Origin: a virus
Virus record (IMG/VR): IMGVR_UViG_3300022212_000093
Location: 1 to 54,099 of that record
DNA: 54,099 nt
Direction: 5' to 3' (one strand)
The notes under the pieces are model-generated. The model worked only from the letters and a program-made list of their open reading frames with translations. It had not been told where the DNA came from and made no database searches. This document shows positions 39,148-47,851 of this stretch, piece after piece. Every line of letters begins with the position of its first letter. Within the stretch, counting starts at the first letter, position 1. The position numbers and the translations under genes are program-made.

Positions 39148-39468
39148 ATGGAAATATCTTTCCTAGATGGGTTGCTCGGTGGCGGTTTTACCGTCATCCT
39201 GGCGTTGTATGGATTCTTAAAAACAAAGGGCTTTAAAGTCCTGCCTGCAGATCTGGAGGACAAGCTCAAAAAGCTTGAATGCGAAAACGCTAAACTCGTA
39301 AGTGATTATAAGAGCCTGGAAGCTGAGGTATATAAGTCTCTTGGTAACGTTTCAATATATGAGGCTGGGAAGATCCTTAAGAGAGGCGCAGAGCTCAAAG
39401 CAGGAGGTTATACAGAGGCAGAGCTCCATGAGCTCGGCAAAATGGTCCTGGACGCAGTAAAAGATTAA
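39148..39468 (+). CDS. Single-TM coiled-coil protein (lysis accessory candidate)
   Basis: N-terminal TM then coiled coil; follows the holin-like gene. Confidence 0.5.
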   Translation: MEISFLDGLLGGGFTVILALYGFLKTKGFKVLPADLEDKLKKLECENAKLVSDYKSLEAEVYKSLGNVSIYEAGKILKRGAELKAGGYTEAELHELGKMVLDAVKD

Positions 39469-39489
39469 CGACAACAAGAAATATAATAT

Positions 39490-39729
39490 TTATTTTCCTT
39501 TTACTGATTTCTGCAGAGAGTCGAGGCGAGCTTTTAATTCTTCTATCTCGTCTCTCATTTTCTGTATTTCCTTGTAACTTTCATATCCTCTTTTAAATTC
39601 TGCGATCGCCAACTCGGTTATTTCCGAAGTCGAAACGAAGTCTTTATTATTGACCCTGTCAAGCATCCAGGTTTTTAAATAAGGGCTTATGGTCGCGCTT
39701 AACTTTGCCTTCTTTAAACTTTCCTCCAT
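39490..39729 (-). CDS. Ribbon-helix-helix-like regulator with coiled-coil tail
   Basis: KAKLSATIS strand, then helices, then coiled coil; divergent from 39987. Confidence 0.6.
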   Translation of the reverse strand: MEESLKKAKLSATISPYLKTWMLDRVNNKDFVSTSEITELAIAEFKRGYESYKEIQKMRDEIEELKARLDSLQKSVKGK

Positions 39730-39772
39730 ACACTTTCCTCCATACTCTTTCCTCCATACACTTTCCTCTATA
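39719..39772. repeat. Four tandem 14 bp repeats CTTTCCTCCATAC(A/T)
   Basis: Period-14 units starting at 39719, 39733, 39747 and 39761 (last partial/degenerate). Confidence 0.95.
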
Positions 39773-39860
39773 ACGAAAAATAAAACTGGTTTATAATAAG
39801 AACCTATCCGTTTTTAATGAGATCTGTTCTAACAAACTAAAATAATGTTAATCTTATTAA

Positions 39861-39884
39861 CTTCTACTAAGACTTCTACTAAGA
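39861..39884. repeat. Two tandem 12 bp repeats CTTCTACTAAGA
   Basis: Exact duplication. Confidence 0.9.
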
Positions 39885-39986
39885 TATGTATAAGATTATA
39901 GGCACATTTAATAAGATTTATATAGGATATCAGCGTATAGAGTAAATACACCTCTGAGAGGTACACACAGAACAGGAGGCTTTATT

Positions 39987-40136
39987 ATACCAATAACAAG
40001 CGTGTATTTAGTACAGGAAGCAGTGGACGATGTAGAGCGATTTAAAAAGCACTTCGGCCACAAAAACCAGAGCGAGACAATCAGATATATTATATACAAA
40101 GGTCGCCAGGCGATCAGAAAAGAAGAGGGTCTCTAA
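39987..40136 (+). CDS. Small RHH-like regulator (49 aa), non-AUG start
   Basis: GGAGG RBS then ATA; (M)PITSVYLVQEAVDDVERFKKHFGHKNQSETIRYII has the RHH strand-helix-SE.IR pattern. Confidence 0.55.
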   Translation: MPITSVYLVQEAVDDVERFKKHFGHKNQSETIRYIIYKGRQAIRKEEGL

Positions 40137-40249
40137 ATAACAATGATACCCCGGAGTTTTAAAAAAGCGTTTCCCCCGCGATTTTAGACTCCGGGTGTGT
40201 CAGATGAGACACCAATCATATCATATTAATTGAATATGTATTTAAAGGT

Positions 40250-40267
40250 ATCGACAATGTTGTCGAT
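40250..40267. promoter_or_regulatory. Palindromic operator ATCGACAA-TG-TTGTCGAT just downstream of a TATA-like box
   Basis: 8 bp perfect inverted repeat after TATTTAAA. Confidence 0.45.
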
Positions 40268-40361
40268 TAACCGAAACATTGTAGAAAATAACGATAAATG
40301 CTTCCTAAATTTGCATAAGTCCAAAACACCAGGATAAGGAGCCCCTCGGGGCTCCCACCAT

Positions 40362-40423
40362 GTAGCCGTTAATAAAAACGATAGGCACCCTAAAAGGGCC
40401 CGGTTCGAATCCAGGCGGCTGCA
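40362..40423 (+). ncRNA. Degenerate tRNA-like element (acceptor stem plus T-arm, no D-arm)
   Basis: GTAGCCG/CGGCTGC stem, GG-TTCGAAT-CC T-loop; only 30 nt between them. Confidence 0.45.
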
Positions 40424-40561
40424 CAAAATAATAAAAGTACAGGAGGGATCGCAAAAAACCAGCAACCGAAACCACCAGTACAAAATCACATTAAAAAAAT
40501 AAGTCAGCAATATCTCTTTATTTTAAGGTAAAAACTCGCCCCCGATCCTGGGGGCCTTCTT

Positions 40562-40634
40562 ACTCCCGTGGGTAACGGTCAAGCCAGGGGGGCTTTGGAC
40601 CCCTCGACCCTCGGTTCGAATCCGGGCGGGAGTA
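40562..40634 (+). tRNA. tRNA-Gln (anticodon TTG)
   Basis: ACTCCCG/CGGGAGT acceptor, GGGGG-CTTTGGA-CCCCT anticodon arm, CTCGG-TTCGAAT-CCGGG T-arm, discriminator A. Confidence 0.85.
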
Positions 40635-40692
40635 TCCAGCAACCTTTCTAGCACTTCCCCCGCGTGCTTAAAAAATTACGAGATGATGTCAG

Positions 40693-41043
40693 ATGAAGCC
40701 ACCCGTCAGCGATATACTACAGACCAGACCAAAAGTTAAAAAAATTAAATTTGATCTGCTCCAGGATCTCCCGGACTCCGTGGGGTCCAGGTTCGAAGAT
40801 GATAAAAAAGTTTATTTTAGAGAAACCGATTTGACCGGCATACTGGACGCTATCGGGCAGGTACTACGGACCGAAAGCGAGCCAGAAGAAAACGTCGTTT
40901 ATGATCTTCACATTATGGGGATCATGCCGACTGAGTTAGGGGCCCGCGTAGCTGCAAATATGCGGCTATGGGATGATATAAAATCCCTAAGTTTCGCAAC
41001 TCCTCGCCGGTCAGAGTCATTGATTTTTGACACTATTTTGTAA
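40693..41043 (+). CDS. Hypothetical protein
   Basis: 116 aa, start of the operon leading towards the replication module. Confidence 0.65.
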   Translation: MKPPVSDILQTRPKVKKIKFDLLQDLPDSVGSRFEDDKKVYFRETDLTGILDAIGQVLRTESEPEENVVYDLHIMGIMPTELGARVAANMRLWDDIKSLSFATPRRSESLIFDTIL

Positions 41044-41063
41044 AACCTCAGAGAGTGGAGACT

Positions 41064-41180
41064 ATGGAAGCAGAGAACAGAAACGGAAGAGAACAGCTAA
41101 ATAACAGCTTTGAACAGGCTTTGAAAATACGCGACCTCTGCCTGGCAGATTATACCGAGGAGGGGTCCGAGAATGTTTGA
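41064..41180 (+). CDS. Small hypothetical protein (38 aa)
   Basis: GTGGAG RBS, ATG, overlaps the next start. Confidence 0.45.
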   Translation: MEAENRNGREQLNNSFEQALKIRDLCLADYTEEGSENV

Positions 41181-41448
41181 GGAAGAAAAGGCACTCAAAG
41201 AGCTTAAGGGCCTGCACCCTGAAATTAATATAAGTCCTTCAAAAGCCACGGCAAAAATGAAACTGGCAGAAAATACTGAGGTCCATATAGACCCGTCGGT
41301 TCCCTGTCAGGACTGGCTAGTTATTGACCTAAAAAGCGGGAATTTCAGCCGAGCTAAAGATGCTAACATATCAATCGAAGAAAGGCTCCAGCTCTTAGAG
41401 CTGTCCGAGGACCTGGAAAGGGTTTATACTCAGGGGGTCGCAAAATGA
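41173..41448 (+). CDS. Hypothetical protein
   Basis: GGAGG RBS; coupled to both neighbours. Confidence 0.65.
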   Translation: MFEEEKALKELKGLHPEINISPSKATAKMKLAENTEVHIDPSVPCQDWLVIDLKSGNFSRAKDANISIEERLQLLELSEDLERVYTQGVAK

Positions 41449-41861
41449 CCCCAACCCCTGAAAGTGCGTCGATCGCATACCATAACGGGATTTTATGCGA
41501 AAACATGCTAAAAGAAAAACTGCCAGAGTTCGAATATTTAGGCGAAGAAATCGACGGTATACTCACTTTTAACGGGAAACCGGCCGAGGTAAAGAGCTGC
41601 CAGAGGACAATAAATAGTTACACGGGCGAGAGATCCGGGCGTTTTTGGTTCAAAGGCTCTCAACACGATGAGCTAATCGAAAACGACGGGGTTTATATTC
41701 TCCTGGTCCACGAAGGCGAGAAAGTTGTCTCGACTCGGATTATAAAAGCTTCTTTATTATTTCCTCAATTCCAGGGGGCGAAGACTGTTTCCTGGCCTGC
41801 TTTATTTGATAGGATCTCAATTTCCACGGAGACAGCTCCCAGGGTAGCGAGGACCGCATAA
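41445..41861 (+). CDS. PD-(D/E)XK nuclease-like protein
   Basis: E..L ... IDGIL ... AEVKS arrangement. Confidence 0.55.
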   Translation: MTPTPESASIAYHNGILCENMLKEKLPEFEYLGEEIDGILTFNGKPAEVKSCQRTINSYTGERSGRFWFKGSQHDELIENDGVYILLVHEGEKVVSTRIIKASLLFPQFQGAKTVSWPALFDRISISTETAPRVARTA

Positions 41862-41987
41862 GGGGGAAGGGGGCCTGCGCCCGCGGTATGCCGAGAAAAA
41901 AGCACTATAAGCGGGCTATTTCAAATAATAATCATTATAATAGCACTATCTGAAAAACGTATAAATATGTGTAAGATGGTTCTATAT

Positions 41988-42146
41988 TTGAGGCTTAGGG
42001 CCTCAATAATCCCCCGATGGATAGGAGACACTGGAAAATTTAGAGAGCGTACACTCTCGGGTTTAAGACCTTAAAAAATAGGCAGTTTAGCGGGCTTTAT
42101 GGTGCCAGACCTGGAGCCACCCTTCGCAACCACCATAAACCCCGCT
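41988..42146 (+). ncRNA. Candidate structured non-coding RNA
   Basis: TATA box at 41959 then three hairpins (41988-42006, 42043-42058, 42089-42146); no ORF. Confidence 0.4.
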
Positions 42147-42372
42147 CTTAATATCAAAATAACCTTTTTTATTATTTAAAACTTCCGTGAATGACGTTTT
42201 TATTTATAGAAGTTTTTCTAAAAATAAAAGGTTAAAAATAACGGAAACAGATAACGATTTTTGAATAATATAATTCCTCTATATTATATAATAGGTCTTT
42301 ATTATATTGAATAGGTGTTTCGATTTATTGGAATGTTTCACTTTCAGACATAAATAGAAAGTTTTATATATG

Positions 42373-42392
42373 ATACGTACATATGTACGTAT
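42373..42392. promoter_or_regulatory. 20 bp perfect palindrome operator ATACGTACATATGTACGTAT
   Basis: Directly downstream of TTTTATATA box, upstream of the RHH-like gene 42419. Confidence 0.6.
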
Positions 42393-42418
42393 TGTAATAA
42401 TATAAGAAGGTGGTACTA

Positions 42419-42577
42419 ATGTCTAGGAAAGGAACCAAAACAATAACAGTAGACGAGGAGTTTTATGCATCTCTGCGGCAGATCGCAGATAGAAACAATT
42501 TGCATATTAACAAGCTCGTAGAGAAGTTCTTTAAGCAGAATTTTCCCAGAGACTTCCCAGAGAAGGAAATAGTATAA
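42419..42577 (+). CDS. CopG/RHH-like DNA-binding protein (52 aa)
   Basis: AAGGTGG RBS; MSRKGTKTITVDEEFYASLRQIADRNNLHINKLVEKFF. Confidence 0.7.
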   Translation: MSRKGTKTITVDEEFYASLRQIADRNNLHINKLVEKFFKQNFPRDFPEKEIV

Positions 42578-42582
42578 CCGAT

Positions 42583-42673
42583 TATACTAGGCAGTATAGA
42601 TTATGATTATACTGTCTCGTATAATTGTAGTTTATACGAAGTCGTATAATTAACGTTTATATGACTTCGTATA
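42583..42673. promoter_or_regulatory. Four 16 bp palindromic boxes TATAC-N6-GTATA at exact 25 bp spacing (operator/iteron array)
   Basis: Boxes start at 42583, 42608, 42633 and 42658 (last has one mismatch). Confidence 0.8.
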
Positions 42674-42712
42674 CCGACTAGCAACTAAAAACCAGACATG
42701 GAGCCAATTTAA

Positions 42713-43276
42713 ATGAAAGAAAAGAAAGGTATAAACTTAAATGAAATTATAACTAATCAGGACGCCTCGCCGGGTTTTACCCTGGAGGGGGAGGTCGACG
42801 CAATACTACCAGAGAACCGGGTAAAAATTCAAAGGTCTTTCCAAATCGAAAAATGGATATGGGACGCCGCCGAGCACTTACCAGAAAGCAGGTCCTCTAT
42901 TATACGGAATGCTCTTTTAGACAAAATTACGGCTTATAAGTCCGAAATTCCCCAGCTTCAAGACGATATAAGGAAGATAGACGAGCAGTTAGAAATGCTT
43001 CATGCACAAAGGGCCGCGAAGCTTCACAGAATTAAGGAGCTCGAAGCCCAGGCAAGTAAGCAGCAGGAAGAAGCACAGCTCGCAAAAATCAACAGGGAAC
43101 AGGCAGTCGTCGAAACTATGAATATACTGGAACTCCACCGACGCAATATGGGAGCTCATCACTTTAAGAGGCTGGAGCAGCTTACCGGCATACCTGCAAA
43201 AGATATTAAGGCGTTTATCACTGAACATAAGTACAGACCTTCGGAAGAGGAGGTCAGATTCTTTTATAATCTGTAA
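42713..43276 (+). CDS. Coiled-coil protein with an RHH-like segment upstream of MCM (regulator or helicase partner candidate)
   Basis: KIQRSFQIEKWIW...SRSSIIRNAL followed by a coiled coil. Confidence 0.6.
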   Translation: MKEKKGINLNEIITNQDASPGFTLEGEVDAILPENRVKIQRSFQIEKWIWDAAEHLPESRSSIIRNALLDKITAYKSEIPQLQDDIRKIDEQLEMLHAQRAAKLHRIKELEAQASKQQEEAQLAKINREQAVVETMNILELHRRNMGAHHFKRLEQLTGIPAKDIKAFITEHKYRPSEEEVRFFYNL

Positions 43277-43304
43277 AATCTGTAAAAATCCTGGAGCTGG
43301 TGCA

Positions 43305-45407
43305 ATGGAATATAATTTTAAAACCCTAGCGGAGGTTACCTTCCCTAAATTTTTTAGTAAAGATCAGGTTTTCAACTTCGCGAAACCTGGTGAGAAAAGA
43401 GTCCCCGGTAACTACTGGGAAGAACTTTTGAAATTATGCTATGAGTACCCAGAGAGTAAAAGCTTATACGTAGAGTATAGACATGTCGAAAATTACGACT
43501 TAGACCTTGCGAAGTATCTAATAAATAACCCGAACACGTTTTTTAGCGCAGCTAAAGAGGCAATCGCTAGTATGTCTTTTCCGACTACAGACCTGCCAGA
43601 TATTGAAGTCCGTATAACTTCCATGCCTGACGCATGGCAGATACCTATAAGCAGGCTCAGGAAAGAACACCTTAATAAGCTGATATCGGTCCTCGGCGTG
43701 GTCTCTAAAGCCACGGAGATAAGACCAGTCAGGACTAAAACGGCTTTTCAGTGTCTACGCTGCGGACATGTTACAATAGTAGAGCAGAGCGAAGAGACAG
43801 ACGCCCTGCAGGAACCTTTCGCGGGCTGCGAAAACGACACCTGCGGAAAGAAAGGGCCTTTCAAGATCAAAGAGGATGAAAGCGAATATATCGACTATCA
43901 GATACTAAAGATCCAGGAACCACTAGACACGCTCAGAGGCAGACAACCCGAGTTTCTATACGTTGCCTGCAGCGAGGAACTTGCAGGAGCCTGCAAGCCT
44001 GGCGATAAAGTCGTAATCGTCGGAGTCCTGCAGGGACGCCCGAGGGTAAAGAAAGACGGAAAAAGAACAAGGTTTCTAGATTTTATCCTGGTGGCTAACT
44101 CGATAATGAAAAGTACCAGGGATTTCGAGAACATCCCGATAAGCCAGGAGGAGGAAAAGCAGATCCTCGAGCTTTCGAAGAAGCCGAACATCGACAAAAT
44201 AATTTATAACTCGATCGCGCCTTCGATCTTCGGGATGGAAAACGTTAAGCAGGGCGTCGCTTTACAGCTATTTTCAGGGACCGGGCGGCGGCTTAACGAC
44301 GGAACGTGGCAGCGCGGGGACATTCATATTCTATTAGTAGGCGACCCAGGTATCGCAAAAAGCCAGATTCTAAAATTTGTTGCCGATTTCGCACCACGGG
44401 CGATAATGGTTTCCGGGCAGTCTGCGAGCGGTGCCGGGCTTACTGGCGCGGCGGTACATGACGATTTCGATGGTAGATGGGCGATAGAAGCCGGGGCCCT
44501 CACTATGGTAAGCGGGTCCGAGGACTTCGAGGGCGGTATATGCTGCGTTGACGAAGTCGATAAAATGAAAGAAAATGATAGGTCTATGATCCACGGAGCA
44601 TTAGAACAGCAATGCGTCGACATCGCTAAAGCTGGAGTCTTTGCACACTTGCCGACTCAATGCGCTTTCCTTGGAGCTGCAAATCCCAAGTATGGGCGGT
44701 ATGATCAATACGAAAGTATAGCAACTCAATTTAATCTGGGGGACGCTCTCCTCTCCAGAATGGATTTACTTTATGTTATCCGTGACGTGCCAGACCAGGC
44801 TTTCGACGAGAAGCTGGCCTTATACGTCCTGGACGAGAGGACCGACGGAAACGGGCCGGGTTTAATAGATCTTGAATTGCTCAGGAAATACATAGCTTAT
44901 GCGAAAACACACTGCTTCCCGGTAATGACGCCAGAGGCTAGGGACTACATAGCAAAATTCTACGTGTCAACCAGGAACGCAGGCAGCAAGGTAAAGGACT
45001 CCGTACCCGTGACGGTTAGAGCTCTACATGCAGCCCGAAGGCTCGCAACAGCTCACGCAAGAATGAGGTTATCCTCTACCGTGGACCTAAAAGATGCTGT
45101 CGCAGCCTGCAAGCTCCTAATTGACAATTTAAGCCAGGTAGGAATCGACCCGGATACCGGGGCCTTAGACGCTACTGTCCTGGAGGCAGGGACGTCAGGG
45201 AGTCAGAGGTCAAACATAAAGAAGATCAAGGAAATCATAGAGAGACTCTCTAAAGCCGATATAGTACACCAGGAAGCAAAGCTCGACAGAGTCATCGAAA
45301 TGAGCCTGGAGGCTGGCATAAAAGACCCTGAGGGTTTAATTAAGAAGATGAAGCAGAAGGGCGATATAATAAGCCCGACGCAGAGCACCTTAAAATTAGT
45401 AAAATAA
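43305..45407 (+). CDS. mcm: MCM replicative helicase
   Basis: Zn finger CLRC...CENDTC, Walker A GDPGIAKSQ, Walker B VDEVDKM, AANPKYGRYD, Arg finger SRMD. Confidence 0.97.
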   Translation: MEYNFKTLAEVTFPKFFSKDQVFNFAKPGEKRVPGNYWEELLKLCYEYPESKSLYVEYRHVENYDLDLAKYLINNPNTFFSAAKEAIASMSFPTTDLPDIEVRITSMPDAWQIPISRLRKEHLNKLISVLGVVSKATEIRPVRTKTAFQCLRCGHVTIVEQSEETDALQEPFAGCENDTCGKKGPFKIKEDESEYIDYQILKIQEPLDTLRGRQPEFLYVACSEELAGACKPGDKVVIVGVLQGRPRVKKDGKRTRFLDFILVANSIMKSTRDFENIPISQEEEKQILELSKKPNIDKIIYNSIAPSIFGMENVKQGVALQLFSGTGRRLNDGTWQRGDIHILLVGDPGIAKSQILKFVADFAPRAIMVSGQSASGAGLTGAAVHDDFDGRWAIEAGALTMVSGSEDFEGGICCVDEVDKMKENDRSMIHGALEQQCVDIAKAGVFAHLPTQCAFLGAANPKYGRYDQYESIATQFNLGDALLSRMDLLYVIRDVPDQAFDEKLALYVLDERTDGNGPGLIDLELLRKYIAYAKTHCFPVMTPEARDYIAKFYVSTRNAGSKVKDSVPVTVRALHAARRLATAHARMRLSSTVDLKDAVAACKLLIDNLSQVGIDPDTGALDATVLEAGTSGSQRSNIKKIKEIIERLSKADIVHQEAKLDRVIEMSLEAGIKDPEGLIKKMKQKGDIISPTQSTLKLVK

Positions 45408-45726
45408 ACTCTTTTTTGTGAGCCAGAAGGCTCACCTCGTCCTTTTCCTGGGGATTTTAGGGCCTTCCAGGTATAACCCTTTAACCATCTTGAAAAAAGC
45501 TCTTAAATCGCCTGAGAATAAACAGACCTGGAGAGAGGGAGGCGCGACCCTTCCCCCTGGACCAGGAGGCATATTTTAAATGACCAACTTAAAAGAGGGC
45601 GTCTATTTATTATAAAATTTTCTCATGGAGGGCCTGCAGCTATCGAATTTAATTTACAAGTATGTATAAATATTTAGGAATATAATATCCTGTCAGTTAA
45701 AAGCCAAAACTATTTAAAGAGATATT

Positions 45727-46005
45727 ATGAAAAACGATAACAGCAGAACAGAAGATTACGCGGATTTTTCGACGCGGGATAGATTGTTAAGGGCCAACTC
45801 CGAATTAATATACAACCTGCAGAAAAGAATCAATGTAAAACGCTTTAGGGTCCAGGAAGGAGATAATACAAAACTCGGATATGTTCGCGCTTTCATCCAG
45901 GCTTTACAGGTCCAGAACGCTATATTAAAGGATGCAGAACTCGACAAGCTGCGGGCCGAGATCCAGGAACTCAAGGAGGCTATTAAATCACAATCGCAGC
46001 ACTAA
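45727..46005 (+). CDS. Hypothetical helical protein (terminase small subunit candidate)
   Basis: Upstream of TerL; helical with a C-terminal coiled coil. Confidence 0.4.
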   Translation: MKNDNSRTEDYADFSTRDRLLRANSELIYNLQKRINVKRFRVQEGDNTKLGYVRAFIQALQVQNAILKDAELDKLRAEIQELKEAIKSQSQH

Positions 46006-46055
46006 GGAAAGAAATAGCCGACATTAGAAAAGCGGTCATAAGGACAGAGGACCGA

Positions 46056-46301
46056 GTGATCCACCTACCGGTGACCCCCGAGACGATCAGGGCATCGAAG
46101 GAATGGGAGCACGCGAGGGCCAGAGCAGAGAAGAGGATCAAAAAGAGCGGGATCTCAGAGTCCGAGCTCAGAGCTGCAGAAACCCTTAACTATGTTGTAG
46201 ACCAGGAAGTCCTGGCGACCGTTCACAACATTTTAAAGGCGGCCTGGAACGCTACACACCCAGAGGACGACCCTATTAATATAAAATTTTGTTTTAAGTA
46301 A
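46056..46301 (+). CDS. Hypothetical protein
   Basis: GAGG RBS, GTG start, directly upstream of TerL. Confidence 0.55.
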   Translation: MIHLPVTPETIRASKEWEHARARAEKRIKKSGISESELRAAETLNYVVDQEVLATVHNILKAAWNATHPEDDPINIKFCFK

Positions 46302-46363
46302 AATAGGCACCTCTTAACATCTATACACGAATATTTATTTTGTTAACGGTGTTACTATAAGTA

Positions 46364-47785
46364 ATGATGATGAGCTGCTTGCCAGCACCCCCCGTGAATG
46401 TTTCCCCCGCGAGCCTGGCTTATTCGTTATCTTGTGGTAGGTGGTACCCTGCCGATCACTTGCTTTTATTAGACTCTTATCTGGTCCAGGTAGCCGCAGG
46501 CGTCATTAAAAACCTAATGATTTTCATGCCCCCGCGACACGGAAAGAGCGAACTAACCTCGAAATTCTTTCCTGCCTGGTACCTCTCGAAGTATCCAGAC
46601 AGAAGGGTTATCCTGACAAGTTATGAAGCGGATTTTGCAGCCTCTTGGGGCTATAAGGTCCGCTCCTTGATCCAGGAACACGGACCGACTAAACTAGGCA
46701 TAGAAATCGCTTCTAATTCATCTGCTAGGGATCGTTGGGACATACAAGGACATGCTGGCGGGATGATGACCGCAGGAGTAGGGGGAGCAATCACCGGAAA
46801 GGGTGCAGACCTGCTTATAATCGACGATCCGATTAAAAACGCAGAGCAGGCACTGAGCAAGAGATACAGAGACAAGACCATGGACTGGTTTAAAAGCACG
46901 GCATTTACGAGACTGGAGCCTGGCGGGTCCGTGGTCATTATTCAAACTCGATGGCATGATGCCGATTTGTCCGGGCAGCTCCTCAAAGATGAGGCGCATA
47001 AGTGGACCGTTATTAACCTGCCAGCTCTAGCAGGGTCAAACGATCCGCTAGGCAGGAAACCCGGCGAGGCACTCTTTAGGCAGAGATTCGATGAGGCAGC
47101 ACTCAAAAATATTAAAGAAACCCTCGGGCCTTATTGGTGGGCTGCACTCTACCAGCAGGCACCCCAGGACGAAGAGGGCGCAATTTTCAAAACTCAGTAT
47201 TTCCGGTATGCTACCCTAGAGGGCGGAGTGGTGGACCTAGGGGAAAGGAAATTCTTGTATGATGACTGCGAGATTTTCCAGACCTGCGACCCTGCAGCGA
47301 CAGCCAGCTCAAAGGCTGATTATTTTGTCCTTGCGACATGGGCGATGACTCCAGACAATGACCTGGTATTACTTGACTTATTAAGGCTCAGGCTCGAAAG
47401 CCCGGACCAGGTAAACCTATTCTGGCAGCAGTATCGTAAATGGAGACCCTCTTCGCAATGGGTCGAAAGCGTGGGAGCTGGTAAAGTTCTCTATCAGTTT
47501 CTTGATAAAGAGGGCCTGCCAGTTAAGGAGCTTAAGCCAGGGACTAGGGACAAAGTAACGAGGGCTATACCTGCAGCCGCTCGAATGGCTGCCGGGCGTA
47601 TATTCTTTCGAGCTGAGGCTCCCTGGGTCCAGGATCTCGAAGACGAGCTCGTCGCTTTCCCTTACGGAGAACACGACGACCAGGTCGATAACATAAGCTA
47701 CGCTTTCCAGGTAGTGATAGAAAGCAAAAAGAAAGTAAAGAAATTTAATTACTCATCTATGAGTAAATCCAGGAAAAAGAGATAA
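46364..47785 (+). CDS. terL: Terminase large subunit
   Basis: Walker A MPPRHGKS, Walker B LLIIDDP, coupling motif IQTRWH, nuclease TCDPA ... HDDQVD. Confidence 0.95.
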   Translation: MMMSCLPAPPVNVSPASLAYSLSCGRWYPADHLLLLDSYLVQVAAGVIKNLMIFMPPRHGKSELTSKFFPAWYLSKYPDRRVILTSYEADFAASWGYKVRSLIQEHGPTKLGIEIASNSSARDRWDIQGHAGGMMTAGVGGAITGKGADLLIIDDPIKNAEQALSKRYRDKTMDWFKSTAFTRLEPGGSVVIIQTRWHDADLSGQLLKDEAHKWTVINLPALAGSNDPLGRKPGEALFRQRFDEAALKNIKETLGPYWWAALYQQAPQDEEGAIFKTQYFRYATLEGGVVDLGERKFLYDDCEIFQTCDPAATASSKADYFVLATWAMTPDNDLVLLDLLRLRLESPDQVNLFWQQYRKWRPSSQWVESVGAGKVLYQFLDKEGLPVKELKPGTRDKVTRAIPAAARMAAGRIFFRAEAPWVQDLEDELVAFPYGEHDDQVDNISYAFQVVIESKKKVKKFNYSSMSKSRKKR

Positions 47786-47851
47786 GGCACTCGATAACGA
47801 AACGAAACAAATTGATAGAAACGTTTAAATAAAAGATACCAAAAAAAGAGG

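Noticed and set aside
39861-39884. TTCTACTAAG matches part of a Cas12a direct repeat
   Set aside because: Only 10 nt, no complementary GTAGA arm, no spacer between copies.
40562-40634. tRNA-Gln as the attP site
   Set aside because: It is complete, far from the integrase and has no second copy; a host match cannot be tested here, so it is treated as a viral tRNA.
42633-42673. Resemblance to loxP arms (ATGACTTCGTATA vs ATAACTTCGTATA; TATACGAAGTCGT vs TATACGAAGTTAT)
   Set aside because: The arms are in the reverse arrangement to loxP with the wrong spacing, and are better explained as members of the 25 bp phased box array; no Cre-like gene recognised.
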